Assembly: GCA_050575255.1 (NCBI GenBank)
Contig: JBNZDD010013706.1
Coordinates: 7,429,531-7,493,530 of the forward strand
Reading direction: 5' to 3'
Source of the DNA: Harriotta raleighana
Taxonomy: Eukaryota
DNA: 64,000 nt
Position numbers and translations under genes: made by a program. The notes below the pieces were generated by a model. The model was given only the letters and a program-made list of their open reading frames with translations. It was not told the origin of the DNA and ran no database searches. Shown here one piece after another: positions 50,535 through 64,000 of the stretch (position 1 is its first letter; each line of letters begins with the position of its first letter).

Positions 50535-52050
50535 GCAGTTGACATAGACTTTCAAAAGGCATTTGACAAAGTGCCGCATGAGAGGCTTATTAGGAAAGTA
50601 GAGGCCCACGGCGTTAAAGGGATAGTGGCAGCATGGATCCACAACTGGCTGCGAGACAGAAAGTAGAGAGTTGTAGTGAGCAGCCGTTTTTCAGACTGGA
50701 GGGTAGTGTGCAGTGGCGTCCCCCAGGGATCAGTTTTGGGACCACTGCTCTTTTTAATATACAGTGTACAATAAAACCTCGTTCATCCGTGACCCGATCA
50801 ACCGGATTGCTCGACCCCCTCCCGGGGCAATTCCCCATTCCAGAATCGCAAGTTTGCTCACTTTGCGCATGCGTGCAATGCATGCACATGCATGCACATG
50901 CGCACTTAGTAAATGTATGAACTTGGGTTTTCAAAAAAAATGCTGTTTTACCGATTTTTTCCCGACTGTATTGGAATGCTTTATTGGTAAGTATCCATTT
51001 AATATTGTTACTATGTAGTGTATTATTAACATGGTATGCAACTTGTCCCCCGTTTATCCGGCACAGTCAATTAATCGACCCCCGAGCGGGCCAGATAAAC
51101 AAGGTTTTACTGTATTAAGGATCTGTACTTGGGTGTAGGGAGCACAGTTTCCAAGTTTGCAGATGATACTAAGTTAGGGAGAATAGTAAATAGTGAGGAG
51201 GATAGTAAACATCTGCAAGAAGATACAGATAAAATGGTAAAGTAGGCAGACATATGACAGATTAAGTTTAATGCAGAGAAGTGTGAGGTGATACATTTTG
51301 GGAGAAGAAATGAGGGGAGGCAATATAGGCTAGATAGTACAATTTTAAGGGGTGTGAGGGAACAGAGAGACCTGGGGATTTGTGTTAGTGACTCTTTGAA
51401 GGTGGCAGGACAGGTAGACAAAGCCATTAAGAAGGCATATGGGATACTAGGCCTTATAAATATGGGTATAGAGTACAAAAGTGCTGACTAACCTCTATAA
51501 AACTTTGGTTAGGCCTCAGCTGGAGTACTGTGTCCAATACTGATCATCACACTATAGAAAGGATGTTAAGGCATTGGAAAGGGTGCAAAGAAGTTTTACT
51601 AGAATTGTTCCAGAATTGAGGGACTTCAGTTATGGGGAAAGGCTAGATAGGTTAGGTTTATTCTCTTTGGAACAGAGATGGTTGAGAGGAGGTTTATAAA
51701 ACCTAATAGAGGTTTATAAAATCATGAGGGGATTCTACAGGGTGAATAAGGAAAAACTGTTTCCACTGGTGAGTGGCTCATGGTCACAGATTTAAAATAG
51801 TTTCAAAATGAAGCAGAGGGGATCTGAGCAGACATTTTTTCACTCAGCAGGTTGTTCTGGAATACATTGCCTGAAAAGATGGTGGAGGCCAATTCGAAAC
51901 AACTTTTAAAAGAGAATTAGATCTTTATTTAGGGAGAACGGGCCTATTAGGTTATGGGAAGAAAGCTGGGCAGTGGGATTGAGTTGCTCTTTTCAAAGAG
52001 CCGACACAGACTAGATGGCACAAATGGCCTCCTTTTGTGCCGTAAAATTC
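50535..52050 (+). mobile_element. CR1 LINE, ~1.2 kb 3' part with frameshifts, split by a MITE
   Basis: DFQKAFDKVPH, SGVPQGSVLGPLLF, SKFADDTKLG and YGILGLINMGIEYK motifs, followed by the 3' UTR. Confidence 0.93.
50769..51112. mobile_element. Family B MITE inserted in the CR1 RT
   Basis: TA|caataaaacctcgttcatccg ... gataaacaaggttttactg|TA, interrupting LFLIY/IKDL. Confidence 0.88.
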
Positions 52051-54144
52051 TAGGATTCTGAGCTATGTAAGCCATGTAATTGTGCCTGGCTTCCCATTTG
52101 CCAGTCAGTTTTGTGGGTCAAAGGATCAATTTCTAGGATATTGAGATCATCCCCAAAGCCACTTTCTGTGAGCTGTGCAGAACACCAGTTGCATCCTAAT
52201 GATCTAGAAGTTGACCATTTTGGTTCGGATTTATTAATTTGTGCTAAGGTTTGAGTGTATAAACGGAAAAGGATGCAGTGGCACAAAGCTCAGAGGACTC
52301 TAGTCTACAAGAGTGGGTGCGCAGGAGTTTAGACTCATTATACTGTGTGTTTTACAATTTCATTCGCACGTTACTGCACAGAGATTAAAGGAAAATCAAT
52401 CTTCTGAGTATCTCTCTCAAACCTCTCAGCTTTACTTAAGCCTGGTTCGAATTCTTGGAGCTCCATTCTGCCCCCAGGACATATTGTACAAAATTATACA
52501 GCCAGAAAGAGAAATAAAACAAACTGAAATAAAATGCAATTGAATATTAGTTGCCCAACATTTAAGACAAATTGAAAAATCCTGAGTAAGCCACAGATGA
52601 CTTCTTCACTCTTGCTTCTCTCTAACCCACCCACCCACCCTATCCCATATAAAATCTTGCCCTATAATTGGTTAAATGTAACATTAACCCATGCCAATTC
52701 ATGAAAAGATCCATTCGTCTTCCAATGCAACACAATGCCATACATTAGTCACTCTTCACTGAATGGCCGCAATATAAATAGAAAATAGATATCTAGGAGA
52801 AATTACAAACCAGTAGTCTCACCCAGGGCTTGAAATGATATAATAAACTGCAAGAGCAAACCTAAGAAGCTTATCAATGTTATCTGAAGCCTGAGATGAG
52901 ATTACAGTCTTGCAGCCAATTCCAGATATCAACAATTCTCTTTAACACCTAATATGGAGTGGAAGAGGCAATTTCCTCCTCATTCAATTCTCTCCCTCCC
53001 CTCCTAAAGGTATCTAGCCCTATGCATGTCAGTGGTTCTCCACTACTGTGGCCAAGAAATGTAGAAATAATATTTTTTTATTTGGAAATAGAAAGAAAAC
53101 CAGAAAATACTAAAAATCAAACAGAAATCCTGGAAACTCTGAGGTTACTCAATACGTAGAGTTAGGTTCTGATTAAAGTTCCAAATTAATTACCAGAGTA
53201 ATATCGGAGCTAATTGGCAGTGGAGATACAATACCACATTAGGTGTCAACTTGAACTGTTAGATGGTACAAACAATTTCAGGTATTTTATATTGTATGGT
53301 CAACTTTACCAAATACAACCACTGTTCTTCCTACATTCTCTGCTATATTAGACAATTCCCTATCCAGCCAATTGTTGTTGAATCATTCTCAGAAACTGTA
53401 ACAATATGCTCTTTAAATCATTTCCTCTTCTTTAAATTCGTTTAACAATAATTTTAATAAGCTACTGGAATAGCGCATTTTGTAATGTATTGATAATAAC
53501 AAGTTCTTGTCTAATTGTATTGCTAAATACATATTCCCATTGTATTGTCTAGCTGATTATATTTTAGCTAACTATTCTTGCTGAAAAGACATTCCATCAA
53601 TATTTTCCAGAAGTGCACTCTAATCTAGCGTTTATTCACCACTACATTCATTGTGTATAATGTTGGCTTTCCCTATTGACTTGTACTGAAAGTGAATAAT
53701 TCAATTTAATTGGCTGCTTGTCTGGTACTAAATTTTAATGGTGACATTAACTAAGCTGTGACACATAGGTCTAAATGTCCCAAATTTACTGAACTGGAAT
53801 CGCAAGATAAATTTGAGTTATTTTGCACACAAAGGCAGAAATATCCTTAATGGGCTCAACAGTACACATCATTAGTGCGACCACTTGACAAACTTCTACA
53901 AATGTGAAAAATGCATTTTGTCACTATTTTAATCTTATTATGAACCAAACTCACATTTACATTTCTCTGAGGACCAGTGGCCATGGAGACAGCAGACAAT
54001 TTGTTCAAACTACTAAGACATTTGAATTGTCTGCTTGCGCCTTCTTTCTCCCTAAGGACTCAAAGTTGACCAAAAGATATCAGAGGTAGCAAATTAGGCG
54101 CAGTTCATGATGGCTCGATGATAAAGGACCAGTGTAAAATGGCA

Positions 54145-54445
54145 CGAAGCCACACAAACCAGAAACAGCACAGAATCAATTTGTGGGATTGCATTGAGTT
54201 ACTGATCTCAGCTTGGGGGAGGAGGCGATGTAGGCAAGAGGGGGAGAAGAGATACTTCACAGTTCCCAAGCTGGGAAAGCAGACAAATGGCTGAGTGTTC
54301 TTTCTCCTGATACTTATCTGATGAGACTTTCACACATGTGTCAACACCAAGAGGATAACATCAAACCTTCCTGAAACAACTTGCCAGGTTGAATTATTCA
54401 ATGACAGCCACGTTCTAGGCTCTCAGTTGATGAATAGTCAGCCGG
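54145..54445 (+). mobile_element. Ancient LF-SINE-like element
   Basis: agccacacaaaccagaaa..tgagttactgatctcagc..tctaggctctca; parallels 45815. Confidence 0.45.
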
Positions 54446-54447
54446 GT

Positions 54448-54710
54448 AACAACAACAACAAAATTGCATTTGTATAGCTCCTTTCACGTCGGCAGGACAT
54501 CACAAAGCGCTGGACAGTCAATGTTTCAAACCTGTACTGGGGTCAGGATCGGGGAGGGTGGAGAGAAAGGAGGAGAATTGGGGTGACCGATGGGACCATT
54601 GAAGAGGAGGTTTTTGAAGAGGAACTTGAAGGAGGCCAAAGAGGGGGTGAGCTATTGCGAAGTGCTCTGAGCGGTGTGGAAGGCACTATATAAATCAGAG
54701 ATGTTGTTGT
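54448..54710. mobile_element. L2 3' end (-, 54448-54650) abutting a second-type L2 tail (+, 54655-54710)
   Basis: Both tail motifs with TTG repeats, pointing outward. Confidence 0.75.
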
Positions 54711-57151
54711 ACTTGACAGATTGAACTATTCTATCAAATGGGAAGTGCTTAGCAGCTGTTAGGATTCTGATAGTGCTAAACCAGGGCTTCAGCGATCCCA
54801 CATTGCTGTATCCACATAACCAGATTTGCTCACCCTGATGAAACCAGGTGGGGGCTTCGGATTGCTGGAGACATTGCAATGTCAATTGCTGGAGTCAGCT
54901 TCTAACACAACAATGATTGTCCCTCAATGGGTGACACCTTTAGAGAAAGACTATGCATTTATCCAATGCCTTCCAACACTACAGTCAGTGTTCCTCCATT
55001 TGGCATCACAAACATGCATCTCATTCAACTCTCTCTGTTTTTTTTCATGTGTGAGCAAATCGGAGGACAAGATGAAAGAGTTAAATGATTCGCACAACTA
55101 ACACTCCTTTCCGTATTAATATTTAACAAGGGTAAAATCTTTGGGCAATCGAACCATGTTTCTTGAAAGCCTAGGGATGGTTTTAAGCAATGTAACACAG
55201 CAGATGTCATCAGATAGTTAATGTACATAGCAACAGTATTACAGGCAACATTGATTTAAGCATCATGATACTGGCTTTAATCGATAAAATATGCTGTTAG
55301 TTGTTGCACTCGAAGCAGAGATTTTTTTATCCTTTTAGAGAAATATGTACTTCTTCCCTCTGTTGCTCCTTCTTCATTGAGTAAGCAATCTGCCTTAACT
55401 GATAACTTTGGATTCGGTTATCTGGCATTTTGGTCAACTCTCTGGGTGTTCAATTTAGGAGGAACAAATTGCAATTACAAATACTGCCCAATGCACGTTT
55501 TCTTTCATTTACAGAGCCTTGGCACAGAATGGTTAGGTCTACTAGATAGCTGAGAGATCTGAAGATTGAGCCGCAGTTCAAACTTCTAAATTTAATACAC
55601 CAGCATTAAGGCTCTAATTCTCTAAAGCATCCAGTAAAGGGTGTAATCATTACTCTATCATTCCAAGGGAACAGAAGCATTCAAATACTTGTTTATTGTA
55701 GCCGTACTAAATTGATTATTATGGGTTGAACTAATTATAAAGACAGTAAAATCAGTTGTACAGAGTTGGAGAAATACTCACAATGGCCATTTACACAACA
55801 AAATGTTACGGCAGACAAAATTGCGATCGAACTGTACTCTTGAAAACATCAAACTTTTATCACATCCTGGAATTGAGATTACAGCAGTAATTTATAAAAC
55901 AAAGGCAATAAAAACACTTATGTATAGACTTTGGCTGGCCTTCACACAAAAAACATTAGCTGTAAAGTGGAAAATGTGAGAGTGTCATCCAATCATTCTT
56001 TCAACACACATCATCAGAGCCATGACAAATAGATTACAATTGGGTTGGAGCAACAAAGCGACTTATAAAACAAAGTCAATAAAAATACACATTTTACTTA
56101 TGGGTAGCCACTGTTGTGTGAGAGTCTTTGCGAGCCATTTACACTAAAGACACTATTAAATCAATAAAACCAAATTACTATTACTGAAACTGTCAGGCGA
56201 GAACATCGTCTCTTCAAATATCTCCCCTAAAGTGTTTCATCCACAGCGATAATGTTATTGGAACACTCAGTCTCCTTCTTGACTTTTATTGTTAAAAACC
56301 TGACCGTTGAAGAATAATTGCCATCGACTCAAATATTGGAGAAGGGGGAAATGAAGAGGTAGGAATATGGGGAGAGAAGAGGGGAATATCCTGATATTGT
56401 GCAATTGTCTTCAAGTGATAAATCTGTGAAATGCATCTTAAATTCATTGTAATATTTCACAAGTTTTTTTTAAAAAAACGTAGTTGAATTGATGCAAAAT
56501 GGGGTTTATGTAACATCGGAAATTTTGGAAATCATTCTTTGAAATCGTTCTGTAGCTTTACTTCAAAAGTTGATCAAAAAATGTCAGTTTGCTATGGGAA
56601 GTTTAGCACAAATTACTCAAAGAGTTCTTTTCTACAGTACTTCTTGAATCTGAGCAGTGAATATTTTAAAATGCAAATCACAAATTTATCCGACATGGTT
56701 TAGTAACAGATTGATGAAGAGTAATGGCACCATCTGAAAACATCCTGCCTTTGTCATAATCTCTCCTCTCACGTACATTTGACATCATTGTCCCTAGTAA
56801 AGGCAGTGAACAACCTCAGTGGGGTTGCAGATTTGATATACTGTAGCTTGGCATAATTAAATGCACCAACTACTGTCACCAAGAAAGAGAAAAGAGGTTT
56901 TTCTAGTCTCCTTGTTTCCACTGTGAGTTCATGGAAATCTCAGCCTAGTTTGGATACTTGTAAGCACGGTGATGGGTTTCCAAATATGTTAATATGTTAT
57001 GGAGTATCACCAGCCTTAGATTGTGTTCCAATGTTGAACCCACAAAATTTTGATTTAGAGAATAGGAGAGTCAGCAAGTTTCTGCAAACCCAAATATATA
57101 AAGGTTCCTCAGTGAGTGTGTTAGAGTGTGTGTCATGAACTGAGTCTCGGC

Positions 57152-57258
57152 AATGATAATAATCATTTTTGCATTTGATGTAATGCCTTATCATGCCTTT
57201 GAGACGTTTCAAAGTGCTTCACAGAAAATACTGTAAATTTCTGTATTTTGTGGGCAAA
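57152..57258 (-). mobile_element. SINE tail
   Basis: Consensus match. Confidence 0.75.
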
Positions 57259-57993
57259 TGGAAAAATCCAATGCAACCATTTATGCCCTTTCATTAGGTA
57301 TGTTGTATGTGTAGATTCCCTCTCTCTTCTGGTAGTGAAATTGGATCACTTCAGTCAGCAACTGGACCAAGCAATATAAATGGAAAGTTATTCAAGATGT
57401 AAAATAAATTATCCAAAGTTTTATGAGGAATTCAACTATCAGACTCACTTTTAACAAATATCTAATTATCAAAACACATTTACTCATGTGCATTTTCCAT
57501 ATTTAGTCAGATATGTAATGCTTACAATGGAGTTGATTTAAGGCTTGTTATTGGGATATTGGCATACTTTTCATAATATGGCTTTAGCTGCTGAATTTAA
57601 TATGATTTTAGTCTTAAGAGTTTTCACCATTTGTGTTCTTGTCAATTTGGAAAATAAAAGTAAACATTCCCAATCAGAAAATCATGTATCATTTGAGTGA
57701 CGGAGTTTCAGAATGCATAAAGTTTGTATGATTGAAGATCTTCCTTTTCAACCATGTGTAGCCCCACATAAGTATTTTCTCTCCCCTAATGACACTGACA
57801 CAGTTATTACATATTACAGTAAACACTGTAAAGTGTTTTGAGATGTCCTCCCAAAGCGAAGGTGCAAAGATTGACATTACTATTAGTAACTCATATTGGG
57901 ACACATTTTGAGCCATTCTCCAACAGCCTGCTTAGTCTTTATATGTGAGCATAAAGTGTTCACATATAGAGCTTCAGTGGGGTAGACAATATC

Positions 57994-58131
57994 AAGGGGA
58001 GACAACATCAATTATTTACAAACCTGTCTTTATCTAACCCAATCTCCTATTTTCCACTANCAGGAAAGGGGAGACAACATCAATTATTTACAAACCTGTC
58101 TTTATCTAACCCAATCTCCTATTTTCCACTA
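57994..58131. repeat. Exact 66-bp direct repeat across an N, probably an assembly overlap
   Basis: 57994-58059 is identical to 58066-58131, with n at 58060. Confidence 0.85.
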
Positions 58132-58964
58132 ATTGGAAGGCAATATAAAATTAAGCAATAATATATTTCACAGAGGCAGAAGAGTAGGTGATTTCACATG
58201 AAGAGATGGAGTGCGTTAGGTGAATCTTGAATTGGGCACTTAAAAGCGTGTAGCAGCCTGGAAAAGAAGCAAGTGAGCTTTGTGGAAACCAGGGGGTTGG
58301 AGATGATGACTTTGACAACTTAATCTGACTCGAGGAAGAAAAGGAAACATAGATAATTGAAGGTTCTCACAAGCACAGAAGAGATGAAGGGAGTAATATG
58401 CAAATTGTTTGTCGGGAGAGAACATGATGTTCCATAATGCGCAGTACCACCTACAAACGCAGGCAGACTAAACAACTTGGCAAACAGATGGTGCTTTCTT
58501 ACATGTATTCTATAACAAAAACAGGCAAGCCAGGGCACTGCGATACACCTCTCCTGACTCACTGACTTTGAACATTGTACAATTGAACACAGTGCCATCA
58601 GATGTAATGGCAGTTCCATGTTCTGAATTTCCTACCAAACCTACATACCATACCATTGCCGAGCCTCAAAATAAGTAAGACAAGCTGTCAAACTCTTGCA
58701 AATGATTATCAGCGTATCTTTTAATGCAACTGTATTGGAAAGTTAACATTGATTACCATCCAATCATTTTCTTTCCAAAAGAAAAGCCTGTTTAGTGTAT
58801 TTTTTTTAATTTTTTTACACACACACATAGATTTCATTAGTTGAACCCAGGATCTACTTTTCTATCTTGCTGCAGAAATGTACCTGCAGTCTATATTTTT
58901 TATGTGTTAACAAACAATTATAGTAGACCAGTACTTATTTTTAACAGTTTGAAAAGCACTTTAA

Positions 58965-59140
58965 ATAATAATAATCCATGCATTTTTATAGAGCCTTATC
59001 ATGTCTTTCAGATGTCTCAAAATGCTGCACAGAATATACTGTAATGAGAATTGACTATATATTTGCGGGCGAAACACAGCAGCCAATTGCGAACAGCAGT
59101 GTCCCACTATCAGTTGTGGATTCAGTGATCACATTATCAT
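58965..59140 (-). mobile_element. SINE 3' two-thirds
   Basis: Consensus match. Confidence 0.82.
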
Positions 59141-60152
59141 TTTTTTTGCTGGTTGTCTCCGGAAAAGCGATTTACAAATCGACAAACAACCAGGATTCCT
59201 ACTTACTGCTAAATAAACAGAGGCGTGATATAACCATGTTAATGATAACACCATAGAATGAAGTCTTCAATGCACGGCTTTCTTGCAGCACGTTAGCAAC
59301 GCATTGGTCTAATGTACATGCTAGTCAGCTCCTTATCGATCAGTGGCTGATCGCCTTGCGAGGATTACAGTGCACAACTGGACTCCAAAGCACTGGGGAG
59401 ATGGGAGAGAATAGGATTTGACAGCTCTGAGCTGGAACCATATGATTTGGTGACAGGAAAAAATTCTCTAGGGACAAGAAGCCACATATCTCAAAACAGG
59501 AGACGTGGAACAGCTCTGTAAGGCATGTGAAATACTGCAAATCTTCCATAGACAACAGAAGCACTTCCCAATCAAAATCACAAAACAAGCAACAGAATTT
59601 TGATTGCAAAAACTCAAATGAGTAATTTCCCAGAAAGGTTTTACAGTATTCTAAACTTCATGCTCCACAGCTAAACATAATGTCTACAATTGGATTAGCA
59701 TGGAGTGGCATCTCAATTGAGATACAAGCTTGACCTCCTTCAAGTGTTCTCATCATTCCCTTTGCTGCAAAAGTGATACTGATCTCATTCTAGAAATCCC
59801 ATCCACATATATCAAAAACTAATTGTTTCCATCACAACAAAAACAAATTCACAGCTTTGAATTGCATTTTGAATATACTATACTAACATCAATGTGTTTG
59901 CCTCGATCACCAAACTTGTGGGATTATTCTATTTATCACGCTTTGAGTAACAAAGCTTTTCCTGATGCTCATTTCAAACTTAGGTTCAATAGACGAACAT
60001 ACATATTCTGTGTTGAAAAGAAAGTGAAATTTGTGCTGCTGTGAAGAAGAGGTAACAAAGGTGAAGCAGACAACAGGTTGTGCTAAATGACAAATCCTGA
60101 TGGCGTTTGTTATTATAATAATCATCCTTGCATTTGATATAGCGCTTTTCAA

Positions 60153-60839
60153 GTCAAACTCGTTCCGGGTCCTTTTAAAACTCGCGGTTTTTATTTTACC
60201 TCGTTTGCATGGATGCCTGTCGTTGGGAAGGTAAGTACTGTGTACCTGATAAATACTGCTAAGGGTAGCGGCCAGAGAGAGAAGGAGGGAAGAGGAAACG
60301 GAGAGAGAGAGGGAGGGGAGGGGAATGGAGAGAAAGAAAGGGAGTGGGGAGAGAATGAGATATGGGGAAAGGGAGAGAGAGAGAGGAAAGCATAATGGGG
60401 TGAGGAGTGAGAGAGAAAGGGCTGCAGAGAGAGAGAGGGGGAGGGGGAGAGAGAGAGGACGGCATGGGGGGGACAGAATTTCTATGATGGAGTCAGACTG
60501 AATATCTTTGAGGGTCTGTGTCTGTCTGTGTGTCTGTCTGTGTGTCTATGTGTGTGTCTGTGTGTGTCCTGGCCGTTAGGTCTAAACTCGTTGCTTTTTA
60601 AACTCGCGTTTTTTACCTCCCGTCGAATCATAATGCGAAGTTAAGTATAAATAATAATGTACTAATAGAATATTCTGTTATTTAGTCTATTATTAATATG
60701 GTTTGTGCTAAAATATTTTTTTGGGGAAAAAATAATATTTAATTAAAACGTTTTTAAAAAATAAATCCGTTCAACCAGAAAAAACGTTTAACTGCCACTG
60801 GCCAGGTCACATGGGTGCTGGATAAACGGGGTTTTACTG
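60153..60839. mobile_element. Family A element with the left end missing, joined to a SINE tail (60110-60152); contains GA- and TG-rich tracts
   Basis: Right end gccactggccaggtcacatgggtgctggataaacggggttttactg|TA matches the end at 31630. Confidence 0.82.
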
Positions 60840-60919
60840 TATTTGAAAAGGGCCAAAGGAATCGTCACTTGAAACTCACAGGATTTTATGAGATCATCAA
60901 AGCTTAAATTTTTCCCATT

Positions 60920-60974
60920 ATTACCTCCTGATGTGAAAGACGCCATACAATTGTAATTTTGTTGTTGTTGTTGT
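60920..60974 (+). mobile_element. L2 3' tail
   Basis: cctcctgatgtgaaagacgccatacaattgtaattttgttgttgttg. Confidence 0.7.
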
Positions 60975-62156
60975 TCCTTTCTTCATTAAAATGAACTGTC
61001 TGTCAGTTTCCACTGAAGAGCAACTGCCTTCAGGAGTTTCAATGATCTTTCACAGCATGCAGTCGTCTATTGTAATAAACATCCAAAACATAATACTGTA
61101 GAATGGGCCGATACAGTTTTAGATGCTTTCCTGCTGCTCAGTCCCATGGCTCGAACTCTTCCATGATGTGCTCTGTGCTGTCAGCCTCTTTGTTACTCCT
61201 ATTAGTCTGTAATAGCGAGCAGTCACTGGGTCTGAAATGCGAGGAGCATCCTTTAATTAACTCTAATACCGTTGTCAGTCCATCCAACAATCTGTTCAGG
61301 CTTCTTGCCACACCATCTTGACATCCCATCAAAATATCTTGAATCAGAAGAAGCCAATTTGAATAGTGATTACACACATCAAAACCGAACACTGCACAAA
61401 AGTTGCCAAAGAACGTTGACCACACAACAGCAATTGCAAGCATTGAAAAGAAGGAAATAATGCAAGGGTGGTGACGGGTTCATTCAGAGCTGTAATTCTA
61501 GTGTCAGATCCAAATATTGCATGAGTCAATTTCTGCCGTCATATCAGAATGCAACAAGATCTGAAGCAATTCAACCACAAACATATTGCCTTTAAATGCA
61601 ATTTTTGAACACAAATCCACATTCTCTAAATTGAAACATGTAATTCCTCGCTCTCCCGTCTTCCTATTCCCCCCACCACCACCCTCCCTCGCATGGAGGC
61701 TTTGGTTTAAACTGGTACCCAAATCATATCAGACCTCCAAACAGCCTTTCTTCATGTGGATCCTAAAGGATAACTTCAGGTAGACTATTCAACTGTGAGA
61801 TTAACTCATTACTTATTTTTCCCCTGTCTTCTACAAAACATGCTTTCCAGCAGGGCTATAAGAGGCAGGAACCCTGGCTGCTTTGTTCCCTCATGAGTCT
61901 TCGGACAAACATAGAGCTTATTTTGCAATCTCTGAATGCTCTTAGAAAGCCTGGTCTCAGTACTCGTACTGTCTCCAAAGTCCATGCTGCTGTCAGCAAT
62001 GATGCTGCAAAAACCTGTCTTACCTTAAGAGAGACTCAGATGAAGAGGCAACTTTGACCGATTTGTTCTCATCATTCCTAATATCTACCATACTACTGTC
62101 CTTTTACAATTTACTGTGATATTAATTATATGATAGGTATTAGGATAGGTATTTAC

Positions 62157-62287
62157 AATCAATCAATCAATCCAAATTTTATTTATATAGCGCCTTTCAC
62201 GTCGGGAGGACGTCCCAAGGCGCTGTGCAGCCAAGTAGGGGGGAGGAGTCGGGGGAAGGAAAGTAGGAAAAATTGACTGTATATATA
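62157..62287 (-). mobile_element. Chimeric SINE 3' end with (GATT)n tail
   Basis: Minus strand: tatacagtcaatttttcctactttccttcccccgac...cagcgccttgggacgtcctcccgacgtgaaaggcgctat...gattgattgatt. Confidence 0.7.
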
Positions 62288-63219
62288 CACACAATAAATC
62301 AGTGTGTTTTTCTTTTCCTTTTATTGGTCACTTTCATGCCTCCACAACACAACACAATAACTGATCCTGCAATTCACCTTTGCAAGTTGAAAACAAAATA
62401 GAAACTGGTGGAATCACACAGTTCCTATTGCTACACTCCTAAGTGATTAAATAAAACATTGTGGAAGTAAAAGCCAGTAACTAGTTTTAACTGGAATTAT
62501 GTATAGCGCCTTAAGACATCCACTTGGCACGAAAGGCGCAAATCAAATCTATTTTGTTGTTGAATAACAAAACCATGAATATACAGCTTATTTTACAAAT
62601 TGCCAGCAATATTTCTAGTTTCTTGCTTAAGCACCGTGCAATTTGTAAGAAGGTGTACTTGATCACTGGCTCTCACGGGCAGTCGATCTTCAAACATTAA
62701 GTAAGGAAGATCCAAACGACAGAAGACAGAGCTGGAAACAACCAAATATGGATTTACCAAGGTGTAGTAAAAGGGGGAACATTACACGTCATTCAGAGGT
62801 CAGAACATAGCAGGACTGCTTCCACGCGAAGCTGTTCTCTGATATAAACAGCATAAAGTCCTATTCCTGTCTTGACTTTCTTCCAAATATAAAGGCAATT
62901 TAGGAAAATAACCAAGTACTGTACTACCTTTTCAAACATATCCTGTCACATTAATTTTCACACAAACCTCCCACACTTTGGTTTTCTCCACTCCTGCCTC
63001 CAGCTGTCACATCGCATGTCTCTCCTTTTGTATAAAAGTCTACCATTAGCTATATAAATATCTCCCACAAAACCAAAGATAAAAAACTTTCCTTTTTCAT
63101 TTGCAGTTTCTTTTTAAATTTCTAACAAACGCTTCAAAAAAAAGTTGATTCTCTGTCCTTGTTCAAAATACTATAATCCAGATAACCAGGCTTGCTTTTT
63201 ATGAAAGAAAAGGCATTTA

Positions 63220-63569
63220 CAGTGAAACCTTGTTTATACGGCACGCTCAGGGGGGGTCAATTAATTGACTGTGCCGGATAAACGGGAACACATTGCGGAA
63301 AACTCAAAATAAAAGATTTACTTATTTTAAAACATACCATGTTAATAATACACTAAATAGTAACAGAATATTGTATGGATACTTATCAATAAAGCATTCC
63401 AGCACAGTCGGTAAAAAGATCGGTAAAACAGCATTTTTTCGAACTTCACCGATCTGTTAAAACATCCAAGTTCTTACATGCGCAAAGTGAGCAAACTCGC
63501 GATTGCTGGATTGGGGAATTGCCCTGGGAGGGGGTCGAGCAATCCGGGTTGACCAGGTCACTGATAAAC
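63220..63569. mobile_element. Family B MITE, inverted relative to 39400 and 50769, far TIR truncated
   Basis: TA|cagtgaaaccttgtttatacgg; internal sequence is the reverse complement of the 39400 copy. Confidence 0.85.
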
Positions 63570-64000
63570 TATATGTTAACTTGTTTTAAAAATTGATGCC
63601 TGACATGTTCAGATGTCAGCCACAGTGCAAAAAAAAGTCTTTCAAAGAGACGGGGGGGGGGGGGGAGGGAGGGAGAATAAAATGGTCACAGGGTCGATCA
63701 ATCAGTGGTCAGACAGGCGATTTGTTAGGCATAATTAATAGTAAGTAATCCTTACATTTGATATCACATATTTCTTAAAAGCAATGAAGAATNCATTTTT
63801 TAAAAGAAAGATGCAACAAGTCTCATCAGACTGATGGAAAGCATGAGAAGCAGCCCCCTCCAAACTCATTCACAAAATCAAAATGATAGATAACAGGCAT
63901 TATTCTCTTCAGTTTGTACTCTTCAGTTCAATAAAAGTCACAGAAGCTGGCAGGATCTCCTTTGTCAATTTGGAATGTACTCATTAGGAATTTAATTAGT

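Noticed and set aside
57994-58131. Perfect 66-bp direct repeat, CRISPR-like or recent duplication
   Set aside because: Only two units, straddling an N; most likely a contig-overlap or haplotype artefact.
62024-62077. Possible minus-strand exon with a strong AAG|gtaaga donor
   Set aside because: No polypyrimidine acceptor, and the translation does not resemble MAD1.

Overview
This window is vertebrate genomic DNA, AT-rich and repeat-dense, and nothing in it looks prokaryotic. The repeat set (shark-type CR1 tails, L2, Deu-domain SINEs) suggests a cartilaginous fish, possibly a chimaera; that is an inference. The only host coding sequence I can support is one 141-nt phase-0/0 exon on the minus strand (48221-48361) matching MAD1L1, so the rest is most likely two very long MAD1L1 introns. 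The introns hold roughly 30 copies or fragments of a tRNA-headed SINE with an L2-type tail, older SacSINE1-like and LF-SINE-like copies, L2 and CR1 LINE fragments, and five families of TA-flanked Tc1/mariner-pogo-type non-autonomous DNA elements, often nested. Almost all ORFs in the supplied track are spurious or repeat-derived. I did not find a convincing new multi-gene system. The best leads are a tail-swapped SINE lineage, a long SINE variant with an extra domain, clustered putative excision footprints, MITE families sharing termini, a 160-bp hairpin and some CNE-like stretches. Family assignments come from my recall of consensus motifs, not from database searches, and boundaries of degenerate repeats are approximate.
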